From the IMG/VR virus record IMGVR_UViG_3300045988_138147: a DNA stretch of 64,000 bases, one strand, 5' to 3'. Within the stretch, counting starts at the first letter, position 1, and each line of letters opens with the position of its first letter. Source of the stretch: a virus. The notes beneath the pieces are model-generated. The model was given only the letters and a program-made list of their open reading frames with translations. It was not told where the DNA came from and searched no databases. A program made the translations under genes and the position numbers. This document shows positions 1-7,432 of this stretch, piece by piece.

Positions 1-19
1 TATAGGGGAGCTAAAGGAA

Positions 20-289
20 ATGCTTCACATACCTTACAAGTTTTATATCGAGGAATATAAAGATTTGAAAAATTTGTTAGAGTCAAGAGGCTTTAATCTG
101 ATAGACCATATCCAAGGAGAAAGTGGTAGTTTTGTTTTTGAAAAAGAAAAGGATAGTATATCTTCTTATAGAATGACTATTGATAAATTTATATTTGATA
201 AAGATATGACCCTAAAACCGTTTCAACCCAATGAATGGAAATATTCATTTATAAAGATGGAAGAGCATTGTGATGAATTACCATTTTAA
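20..289 (+). CDS. hypothetical protein (89 aa)
   Basis: ORF track only; no motif recognised. Confidence 0.3.
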   Translation: MLHIPYKFYIEEYKDLKNLLESRGFNLIDHIQGESGSFVFEKEKDSISSYRMTIDKFIFDKDMTLKPFQPNEWKYSFIKMEEHCDELPF

Positions 290-375
290 TAAATTGAAAT
301 AATTAACCCATTAAAAGCAACATTATAGACAATGTTTTTTTCTCATATTCTTCCATTTCTTTAAAATTTTGGGTG

Positions 376-567
376 ATGTTCGTACATGAAAGAAAAGAGA
401 CTGTGGGTAACTATAAAGCATGGATGGTTTCTTGGGTCTTTCATTGCGCTTTGATAGGGATCGCGGTCATGTTAAGAAGAACGTTGTCAAGTTGTGAGCG
501 GCAAAGTTATAAAAAAAGAATACAAACTGAAATAACTAAAAAGATGGAACGTATCGTTTTATTATGA
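376..567 (+). CDS. hypothetical small hydrophobic protein
   Basis: First ATG of ORF 373..567; stop overlaps next start (ATGA at 564-567). Confidence 0.25.
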   Translation: MFVHERKETVGNYKAWMVSWVFHCALIGIAVMLRRTLSSCERQSYKKRIQTEITKKMERIVLL

Positions 568-881
568 AAAGTGTTAATAAATTCATAACAGAGAATAAAG
601 GGGTATTATCTTTGTTTGGAATTTTACTTGGTATAGTATTTAGTGCAGGATTATTCGTTGGTTCTAACAATATGGATAGATATGATACTATAAAATATGG
701 TCATGAAAGTCTTGATAAAAGAACTAACAAAATTGAAGGTCAAATAAATAATATACAAGAACAAGTAAAAGACATTCAAAATAAGATTGAAAGTTTACGA
801 GATGATATTCATAAGAACGCTGAAAAGCAACAAGATAATATTCATAAATTGGAAATAGAATTTTATAAAAATAAAAAGTGA
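564..881 (+). CDS. membrane-anchored coiled-coil protein
   Basis: N-terminal hydrophobic helix (VLSLFGILLGIVFSAGLFVG) followed by a charged heptad-like region. Confidence 0.45.
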   Translation: MKSVNKFITENKGVLSLFGILLGIVFSAGLFVGSNNMDRYDTIKYGHESLDKRTNKIEGQINNIQEQVKDIQNKIESLRDDIHKNAEKQQDNIHKLEIEFYKNKK

Positions 882-882
882 T

Positions 883-1404
883 ATGAGCAATAAGAACTAT
901 ACAATAAGTAAATATTCAATAGTTTATACTTTGTCTATTTTTATAGGGTTAACTTCATTGATTTTTATATATTATTCTTCAAGGAATAGTGATTTCCTTA
1001 AAAATGAATTAGCGCAAAAAGAATATAATATAAACATTCTAAATGAAAAAATAAATGAATTACAAGAAATATACAAAAAAAAATATGACGAAAAATCTGA
1101 AAACATATGTTTAGTGTCATATAGTTTTAATATAAAGCGTAGTAAGTTAGTTGTAAAATATAACAATAAGTTTAATCTAAAAAATGGAGATAGAATTGAA
1201 CTTACTTATAAGAATGGGAATGTAAAAACGACTATTGAGCTATATGTTTCAATAGACCCCAACATAGATAAAACAGATAAGTCTGATTTTATAATAAGCT
1301 ATGGGGATTTACGCATATTGACAAATAGAAGAAAAAACACAAAGGGCATTTATGAAATGACATTTAAGAGAACTACAACAGATAGTGTAACTGATAATAA
1401 CTAA
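883..1404 (+). CDS. membrane-anchored protein with coiled-coil segment
   Basis: N-terminal TM helix (VYTLSIFIGLTSLIFIYY); starts 2 nt after the previous stop. Confidence 0.45.
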   Translation: MSNKNYTISKYSIVYTLSIFIGLTSLIFIYYSSRNSDFLKNELAQKEYNINILNEKINELQEIYKKKYDEKSENICLVSYSFNIKRSKLVVKYNNKFNLKNGDRIELTYKNGNVKTTIELYVSIDPNIDKTDKSDFIISYGDLRILTNRRKNTKGIYEMTFKRTTTDSVTDNN

Positions 1405-1409
1405 TAAAT

Positions 1410-1439
1410 CAGTGCGATAATCGCTGAGTTATCGCACTG
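1410..1439. terminator. hairpin between convergent genes
   Basis: Perfect 11-bp stem cagtgcgataa/ttatcgcactg with 8-nt loop, 6 nt after the stop of 883..1404. Confidence 0.5.
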
Positions 1440-1534
1440 AAAAATTATAAACAATGAACATATACAACATCATTAGTAAAAAACGAAATGATTAAGGAAA
1501 ATAGAAGGGTTACTTTTGGATAACTAACATCAAA

Positions 1535-1993
1535 TCATTCCAATTGTATCTTATTTTTTTTGCAATATTTCTCAAAAGCACGCTTCCCACCTTTAATACA
1601 TTTTACATCAACTCTTATTTCATTACTCCCCAATTTTATTTGAAGCATCTTTAAAGGAGGTGTTTTCTGAATCATAAATTCATATTCACAATCGTCCGGG
1701 ACTTGTTGTTTATCTACAAAATTATAAAACAATTTAATCTCGTTATACACATCTTGCGGACTACCAGATTTCACATGAAAGCCATTCCCCCAAAATGATT
1801 TCATAAAATCAACGGAAAAAACTTCTCTCCCATCATCATATTTTGTTGATGTTATAGAATATCCGCATTGAGAATATATGGAAACCACCTCCTTGGCGCA
1901 AATTTTAGTGTTAAATCCTAAAGATAAACAAGTTAATAAGAAAATTAATAAGCTATTCTTCATATGATATAATTTTAAGTTAGTAATATTCAA
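1535..1993 (-). CDS. secreted or lipoprotein-like hypothetical protein
   Basis: Signal-peptide-like MKNSLLIFLLTCLSLGF (alternative start at 1963). Confidence 0.45.
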   Translation of the reverse strand: MNITNLKLYHMKNSLLIFLLTCLSLGFNTKICAKEVVSIYSQCGYSITSTKYDDGREVFSVDFMKSFWGNGFHVKSGSPQDVYNEIKLFYNFVDKQQVPDDCEYEFMIQKTPPLKMLQIKLGSNEIRVDVKCIKGGKRAFEKYCKKNKIQLE

Positions 1994-2005
1994 ATATCTA
2001 TTCTT

Positions 2006-2221
2006 TTATCCTACCGTTTTCGTCAAATTCAAAAGGCAGTTCCATCTGCCCAATGTGGCTATATCGTTTATTGCTCCATATAAGGACAACTGTAAATTCA
2101 CCTTTTGAAGCAAATTCCTGTCAGTACATCCTTTCAGCTCGGTATCTGTAAAGATTACTTCCCATCCTCTCTGAAAGGCTTGTCTTATTATCCTTTCAGA
2201 TATTTCCTCTTCTATATCCAT
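2006..2221 (-). CDS. hypothetical protein (71 aa)
   Basis: ORF only; same strand as and upstream of 1535..1993. Confidence 0.3.
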   Translation of the reverse strand: MDIEEEISERIIRQAFQRGWEVIFTDTELKGCTDRNLLQKVNLQLSLYGAINDIATLGRWNCLLNLTKTVG

Positions 2222-2334
2222 ATTCTTTTTAACAACATTACATTTTAGTTAAACGTTGCAAAATTACAACATAATTCCAAACTGTCCAAAAATAAGAGGT
2301 ATGTTAGATCGCATGAAAAAAAACTAAATAAAAA

Positions 2335-2365
2335 TTTGTCTTTGCAATATAATGTATTACTTTTG
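2335..2365 (+). promoter_or_regulatory. Bacteroides-type promoter (-33 TTTG / -7 TAnnTTTG)
   Basis: TTTG 2335-2338, 19-nt spacer, TACTTTTG 2358-2365, 26 nt upstream of ATG 2392. Confidence 0.55.
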
Positions 2366-2391
2366 CAGTATAACATAATACAATATATAGA

Positions 2392-2646
2392 ATGGAAACA
2401 GTAATAAGAAAACAAACATCGTTCCGGCTACGTGAAGATTTGCTTCAAGTATTGCAGGAACACGCAAAGAAGGCAAACAGAAGCCTAAACAATTTTGTAG
2501 AGAGCACTTTGATGGATGCGATGTATTCTTCACCAAATGAAGAAACGGTTGCAGCCATAAACGAAGCGCGTTCTGGCAAGTATTCTGGAACGATAGACAC
2601 TACAGATTTTGATTCATTCATGAAATCTATCAACGAAATAGAATGA
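2392..2646 (+). CDS. type II antitoxin, ribbon-helix-helix type
   Basis: RHH-like N-terminus RKQTSFRLREDLLQVLQEHAKKANRSLNNFVESTL; 4-nt overlap with the toxin gene. Confidence 0.7.
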   Translation: METVIRKQTSFRLREDLLQVLQEHAKKANRSLNNFVESTLMDAMYSSPNEETVAAINEARSGKYSGTIDTTDFDSFMKSINEIE

Positions 2647-2912
2647 AGACGATCCGTTATAGTACAAAGGCAAAGAAAGATTTGAAGAAGTATAGGAATG
2701 ACGTCCAGCTAATGAAAGCCTTATATGATATATTGAAAAAGTTAGCAAACGGTGACATCCTTCCCAAAGAATATAAAGCACATGCCCTAATAGGAAACTA
2801 CAAGGACTGCAGGGAATGCCATATCAAAAATGATTTTCTTCTGATATGGATGGACACAGAACACGATGCAATAGAAGTTATCAGAATCGGAAGTCATTCC
2901 GAATTGTTCTAA
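2643..2912 (+). CDS. type II toxin, YafQ/RelE-family mRNA interferase
   Basis: GNYKDCRECHIKNDFLLIW...IRIGSHSELF matches the YafQ/RelE C-terminal signature; 89 aa. Confidence 0.8.
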   Translation: MKTIRYSTKAKKDLKKYRNDVQLMKALYDILKKLANGDILPKEYKAHALIGNYKDCRECHIKNDFLLIWMDTEHDAIEVIRIGSHSELF

Positions 2913-3057
2913 ACATATATTTACTCAAATTTCGCCCTCAATACAGACAAGCATATTAGATTTTCTTTTGTCAATCCTACACCTTTAATGCGAATCAATC
3001 CCAAACAGCCCCCACAATCGGAAATCAATATACCGAGTTGGAGGCTAATATTAATTA

Positions 3058-3294
3058 TTATTTCTCAATATTAGCTCTGATCTGTTTAAGTAACAAAAAT
3101 GCCCCTTCCATCTTATAATTACCCAGACATTGTTGGGCTTGCATAATACAGCTTTCGACAGTGAGAGCTAAATCGGGAGTAAATGCAGATTTATTTATTT
3201 GCATTGTTTTGGGAAGTTGGCTAGCATGATCATTGAACCATGCAATCATTTCATTCAATTCTTCCTCTGTGTAACTTTGTCTTTTCTCAGCCAT
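3058..3294 (-). CDS. hypothetical protein downstream of integrase
   Basis: 78-aa ORF on the same strand as the integrase. Confidence 0.4.
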   Translation of the reverse strand: MAEKRQSYTEEELNEMIAWFNDHASQLPKTMQINKSAFTPDLALTVESCIMQAQQCLGNYKMEGAFLLLKQIRANIEK

Positions 3295-3377
3295 ACTATA
3301 AAAATTTAAGCTATTATTACAGGAACAGCAAAATTAAAAATCTTGTTTAAAATATGCATATTATGAGATTGATTTAT

Positions 3378-4601
3378 TCATGATTTAGACTTTTTTAAGC
3401 CACCCGATATATAATCTATCACTTTCCTGTTAGCCTCATCAATCTTATCCCTGTCGAAATCAATGTATATATCTGTAACATCACAACCAAAGGAGTGTCC
3501 CAAAGCTAAAGATATCACATCTTTAGGGACATCCGCCTTATGTGCTAACGTAGCCCAGGTATGCCGGGCCCAATATGTTGAAAGTTCGGGGAACAATGGT
3601 TGCTTACTCTTTTTCCCACCAAGCCCTTTTCGTTCAAACGGACCTATCCCTTTAAGATTCTTATTCATCCTATGGGTAAAATCATGATAGTCTCCATAGT
3701 TATCTAATATATCTAGCAAATGAGTTTTACCTTGATACCTATCCAATATAGCTTGTGCTTCCGGCTCTATTTTAATAGAGTAAAACTTCTTTGTTTTCTG
3801 CCGATAATATTCTATACGTCCATCTATTATATCCTTGTGTTCAAGTAAAAGCAAATCACCTATATTTATTCCAACAAGATATACAATCAACATAAATATA
3901 TCCCTGTATTTCTTTTCAAACTCCTCACAAGGATAATCACGCAATAATCTCAATTGTTCAACAGATAAAGCACGTTTTCTAGTTTCTTCTTTTTTTATCT
4001 TATACTTTCGAAAAGGATATAAGGTAGTAATTTCTTCATCAATAGCATAATTGAATACTGCACGAATGTTACGCAGGTGAATAGAATAAGCGTTTACTTT
4101 CATCCCTGATTCAGCCATCCAACTTTCAAAATTAGACAGCCATTTCCTATCCATTGTGTCAAAGGTGCATTCCGGATCATATTCAAGCAGTTTATTTCTA
4201 GTTGTATTATAAACCGTTTTTGTTCCTGTATTACTCTTTATGGAAACAAACTCATCAAGATAATCTATAAAACATCTTGTTTTTTTTACAACCTTTTCAT
4301 CAAATACATATTCGCTGATTATCTCCTTGGCTTTAGCGGAAGGCAAAGAAGATAATCTAGCTTCATCGTCAATAATCAACTTTTCAGCTTTATTCTTCAA
4401 ACTGACAAGCCTTACATTCTTCACTTTATACTGTGGTACAGATTTGTCCAAATAAGACACTTCATTAAACTTTTCAGAAGACGGTGTAGATATTCCGGTG
4501 GAGAAAACAAACCTCGTTTTCCCTATCCGTATCACAAGAAGAATCATCTGAGACCCATCCTTCTTTGCTCTTGTATCAGGTATCAATCTTACTGTTGCCA
4601 T
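3378..4601 (-). CDS. int: tyrosine-type site-specific integrase
   Basis: C-terminal ARHTWATLA...LGHS...DIYIDF (R-H-R-Y catalytic pattern). Start moved to MATVRLIPDTRAKKDG (ATG 4601), because the ORF-track start at 4700 lies inside a terminator hairpin. Confidence 0.9.
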   Translation of the reverse strand: MATVRLIPDTRAKKDGSQMILLVIRIGKTRFVFSTGISTPSSEKFNEVSYLDKSVPQYKVKNVRLVSLKNKAEKLIIDDEARLSSLPSAKAKEIISEYVFDEKVVKKTRCFIDYLDEFVSIKSNTGTKTVYNTTRNKLLEYDPECTFDTMDRKWLSNFESWMAESGMKVNAYSIHLRNIRAVFNYAIDEEITTLYPFRKYKIKKEETRKRALSVEQLRLLRDYPCEEFEKKYRDIFMLIVYLVGINIGDLLLLEHKDIIDGRIEYYRQKTKKFYSIKIEPEAQAILDRYQGKTHLLDILDNYGDYHDFTHRMNKNLKGIGPFERKGLGGKKSKQPLFPELSTYWARHTWATLAHKADVPKDVISLALGHSFGCDVTDIYIDFDRDKIDEANRKVIDYISGGLKKSKS

Positions 4602-4605
4602 TGTT

Positions 4606-4622
4606 TTGTGACGTTTTTGTGA
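4606..4622 (+). repeat. arm-like repeat TTGTGACGTTTTTGTGA, left copy
   Basis: Exact 17-mer repeated at 4834-4850; contains two TTGTGA hexamers 5 nt apart. Confidence 0.7.
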
Positions 4623-4685
4623 CGATAAAGATACATAATACCCCCCAAATAACCATCTTAAACGGAATATTTTCTTTGATAATAA

Positions 4686-4719
4686 TATAAAAAAAAGCAC
4701 TTACCATTAGATAAGTGCT
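4686..4719 (-). terminator. intrinsic terminator following the tRNA fragment
   Basis: 9-bp stem aagcactta/taagtgctt, 8-nt loop, then T7 on the minus strand. Confidence 0.6.
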
Positions 4720-4731
4720 TGATATTCAGCA

Positions 4732-4773
4732 GAGCGGCAAACGGGACTCGAACCCGCGACCCTCAGCTTGGGA
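4732..4773 (-). tRNA. truncated tRNA: 3' half only (anticodon loop to discriminator), att core
   Basis: Minus strand reads TTCCCAA loop, GCTGA, GGGTC variable loop, T arm GCGGG-TTCGAGT-CCCGT, acceptor TTGCCGC, discriminator T. The upstream sequence cannot form the 5' half. Confidence 0.6.
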
Positions 4774-4833
4774 AATTTAAAATTTAAAATATAACATACT
4801 GATTATAACATATTTAAAAAATCATTATTTTTA

Positions 4834-4850
4834 TTGTGACGTTTTTGTGA
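4834..4850 (+). repeat. arm-like repeat TTGTGACGTTTTTGTGA, right copy
   Basis: Exact copy of 4606-4622 on the other side of the tRNA fragment; second shared block at 4667-4680 / 4861-4874. Confidence 0.7.
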
Positions 4851-4904
4851 TTATACTATATTATTTTCTTTGATTTGTGAAGATAAATATTGTTTCCCTT
4901 ATTA

Positions 4905-4934
4905 CAAAAAATAACCGGCAATTAATGCCGGTTA
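4905..4934 (-). terminator. intrinsic terminator downstream of recombinase 5283..6521
   Basis: 9-bp stem taaccggca/tgccggtta, 5-nt loop, followed by a T-run on the minus strand. Confidence 0.5.
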
Positions 4935-5282
4935 CTGTGATAGAATCTTATAGCCTCATTGACATATAATGATACTGATTGCTCCTTATCCAAGATAGCA
5001 GCCACATCCTCCTCTCTATCCCATTCACAATAGCAAAGATATCAATTCCAGAACGAAATACAAAAAGAAAACTATATTAATTAGTTATAGAGAGCCAATT
5101 TTGAAACAAAAACCAATCTTCTTAAAAAATTGCCATTAATGCAATATTTTTTACTTGCAGGATGAATGAAGAGAATTAATAGAACGGCAAGACTGGCGAG
5201 TTTGTATTTTTATTGACAGGAAACGAATGTTATGGATTGGGTTCGGAAAAACAAGTATAAAACAGATAGCCTCTATAGATTT

Positions 5283-6521
5283 CTACTGTCTGAGGTATTT
5301 TTCCGGAGATTTTTGAGGTTTTATTTGATTTTGTTTTACATTCCTGCGCTTAGAATATATTTGGTTAGCCCTTGTCAGATCCTTGATGACCGTTTCATCG
5401 AACACCTCGGAATATATCTCTGTTGTCTTGACCGATGTATGCCCCAAGAGTTTTTGGACGGTGGTTATCGGAACGCCTTGATGTACCAACAGAGTAGCAC
5501 AAGTGTGTCTGCTGGTATGGTAGGTGAACTTCTTGCCGATATGCGCCATTCTTCCCAATTTCTGCAATGTCCGATTAGTGTCCGAATTGCAACCTAATGC
5601 AGCCAGTTGTTCGATGCTGTCGTACTTCCGCATTATGCCCAGTGCCTTTCCGTTAAATAATAGATATAGCGGGATATTAAGTTTCACGCCTGTTTTGACG
5701 CTGTTCAACACTAACCATTCTTTTCCGTCTATCGTTATCAGATTTTTATAGGTAAGTTGTTTAAAATCGGAGAATCTCAATCCGCAATAGCAGCAGAAGA
5801 GAAATGCGTCCAGTATGTGCCGGCTGTTGTTCTTCCTGTCCGGCAGTTTAAGATTTTCCAATTTTTCCAAGTCGACGGGCATTAGGAAGTTATGTTCCTT
5901 CTTCTCCCGCTTGATCTTGAACTTACGGAAAGGATATGCCTCCTGTAATATATAACCTTCATTTATTGCTTCGTTGACCAAGGTACGAAGTATTCTCATG
6001 TGTTTCCCTACCGTGTTTACTTTCAATCCCTTGTTGCGGAGGAATGCGTCAAACTCCTTTAGAAACGTATAATTGATGTCCGTGAACTCTATCACGTTCC
6101 GAAATTCCTTCAATGTGGCTACTGTGCCCAGCATGTTATCCTTGGTTCCCGGTTTCCTATCGGAATTCACTATAACCTGTTGGGCGAACTTAAGAAACGA
6201 AACCACGGGTTTTACCCCCTTCCTTACAGCTTCCTTCAATGTGGATAAGTTAGATTCAAGACCTCTCTTCCAATAGCTTAACTCTATAGCCTGTAATTCC
6301 AATATATGCTCATATAGCATTGCATTAAGTTCTTGCGACTGCGGATGGTTGATTACTTGGGCACCATCCTTACTCCAACATTCCGGCTTTAGATAGACAT
6401 TGGTTTTAAAGTATACCTTCCTCTGATTCAGATAGGCTTCTATTTGTACAAGGGCTGTCCCCTGTCGGTTTAACTTGTTTTGCCGGTTATAAACTAAACG
6501 ATATCTGATCTTCTCTAACAT
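5283..6521 (-). CDS. tyrosine recombinase (Bacteroidota integrase family); candidate shufflon invertase and/or phage integrase
   Basis: HTSRHTCATLL...LLGHTSVKTTEIYSEV catalytic region. Family-typical N-terminus MLEKIRYRLVYNRQNKLNRQGTALVQIEAYLN (start taken at 6521; ORF track gives 6563). Confidence 0.9.
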   Translation of the reverse strand: MLEKIRYRLVYNRQNKLNRQGTALVQIEAYLNQRKVYFKTNVYLKPECWSKDGAQVINHPQSQELNAMLYEHILELQAIELSYWKRGLESNLSTLKEAVRKGVKPVVSFLKFAQQVIVNSDRKPGTKDNMLGTVATLKEFRNVIEFTDINYTFLKEFDAFLRNKGLKVNTVGKHMRILRTLVNEAINEGYILQEAYPFRKFKIKREKKEHNFLMPVDLEKLENLKLPDRKNNSRHILDAFLFCCYCGLRFSDFKQLTYKNLITIDGKEWLVLNSVKTGVKLNIPLYLLFNGKALGIMRKYDSIEQLAALGCNSDTNRTLQKLGRMAHIGKKFTYHTSRHTCATLLVHQGVPITTVQKLLGHTSVKTTEIYSEVFDETVIKDLTRANQIYSKRRNVKQNQIKPQKSPEKYLRQ

Positions 6522-6589
6522 ACTCAACTTTTTGTTTTTAAAGTTAAAAAAATTCTTCTGCATTTACAAAATAAACCACAAAAATTGTT

Positions 6590-6600
6590 CTGGGGGGACT
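6590..6600 (+). repeat. recombination-site candidate A (CTGGGGGGACT)
   Basis: Exact 11-mer shared with 7011-7021 and, inverted, with 7704-7714. Confidence 0.75.
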
Positions 6601-6994
6601 CCTGCCGATATCGACGAATACTAACAAGGGATTAGCAATGAGAACAGCATATTACGATCTTATTCAAGGCAAATTATACAAGATTTCATATAAAGAAGAA
6701 TTACATGTATACAAACCTATAATATGTTTACTATATGTACTGAAAGATGGTATATCATCTTACTATGTAGCCTCATTAAGTGGATATCGTAATGGGGTTT
6801 CCCATTATAAATTGATATGTGGAAATGAAATCCAATTTAAGCTGTATCAAAAGCTAAACAGTAGCAAATATGACTTTATACTGGAATGTCCTGAGAATTC
6901 AGGTGGTTTTATGGAAATAAAAGCCATGAATGATTTAACGGTTATTGAAACAACAGAATCATTAAGTGATTGGCAACAAATTGTAACAGAATAA
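6590..6994 (+). CDS. silent tail-fibre C-terminal cassette A (no own start needed; ORF-track ATG 6638 is internal)
   Basis: Frame is open from TAA 6572-6574. CTG GGG GGA CTC = LGGL is in frame, followed by LPISTNTNKGLAM... Confidence 0.6.
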   Translation: MGGLLPISTNTNKGLAMRTAYYDLIQGKLYKISYKEELHVYKPIICLLYVLKDGISSYYVASLSGYRNGVSHYKLICGNEIQFKLYQKLNSSKYDFILECPENSGGFMEIKAMNDLTVIETTESLSDWQQIVTE

Positions 6995-7010
6995 TAGCAT
7001 AAGTTGAGAG

Positions 7011-7021
7011 CTGGGGGGACT
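7011..7021 (+). repeat. recombination-site candidate B (CTGGGGGGACT)
   Basis: Exact 11-mer; in frame with the downstream ORF. Confidence 0.75.
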
Positions 7022-7316
7022 GATTGGTACAGTAACAGCCAATAAGGATGGATTAATGTCTAAAAATGGTTTTCTTGAAAGAAGCAAGGGCAACACATTA
7101 GACTTTAATGATTATACGATTTCAGGTATGTGGGTATTTTCTGATACGGGCTTTATTAATGGACCATCAGTGTATAAAGGGGGGATTTTATTAGTTTTTA
7201 AAACAACTAATGGGAATATATTGCAAATCTGTTGCGATTATACTAATTCTATTTTTATACGTATTTATTGGGGAGGATGGAAATCTTGGTCACAAATCAC
7301 AACAGTGGTGATATAA
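7011..7316 (+). CDS. silent tail-fibre C-terminal cassette B (ORF-track ATG 7056 is internal)
   Basis: Frame is open from TGA 7005-7007: LGGL IGTVTANKDGLMS... The C-terminal part is homologous to the expressed cassette (SGMW/SGMY, ILLVF/IMIVF, W..W). Confidence 0.6.
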   Translation: MGGLIGTVTANKDGLMSKNGFLERSKGNTLDFNDYTISGMWVFSDTGFINGPSVYKGGILLVFKTTNGNILQICCDYTNSIFIRIYWGGWKSWSQITTVVI

Positions 7317-7327
7317 TTTCCCCACTT

Positions 7328-7338
7328 CTGGGGGGATT
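7328..7338 (+). repeat. recombination-site candidate C (CTGGGGGGATT, 1 mismatch)
   Basis: 10/11 match to the core; followed by only a 27-codon open frame that runs through the terminator hairpin. Confidence 0.5.
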
Positions 7339-7346
7339 CTTGGGTA

Positions 7347-7383
7347 TAAAAAACGGGTGGTCCGGTACAAGCCGGTTCCACCC
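7347..7383 (-). terminator. intrinsic terminator of the leftward tail-fibre operon
   Basis: Stem GGGTGG-CCGG / CCGG-CCACCC with 6-nt loop, then T6 on the minus strand; 50 nt past the stop of 7433..7825. Confidence 0.6.
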
Positions 7384-7432
7384 GATCCTGATATGCACAA
7401 CGCCATGTGCGGTGCAAAGGTAATCCATGTTT

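Noticed and set aside
4732-4810. Intact tRNA gene next to the integrase
   Set aside because: Only the anticodon loop through the 3' end is present. The 5' sequence cannot pair with the acceptor (needs GCGGCAA) or the anticodon stem (needs TCAGC).
7328-7423. Third coding cassette after site C (LGGFLGIKNGWSGTSRFHPILICTTPCAVQR)
   Set aside because: It is only 27 codons past the motif and runs through the terminator hairpin. I treat it as a degenerate site or an off-state stub, not a bona fide receptor-binding end.
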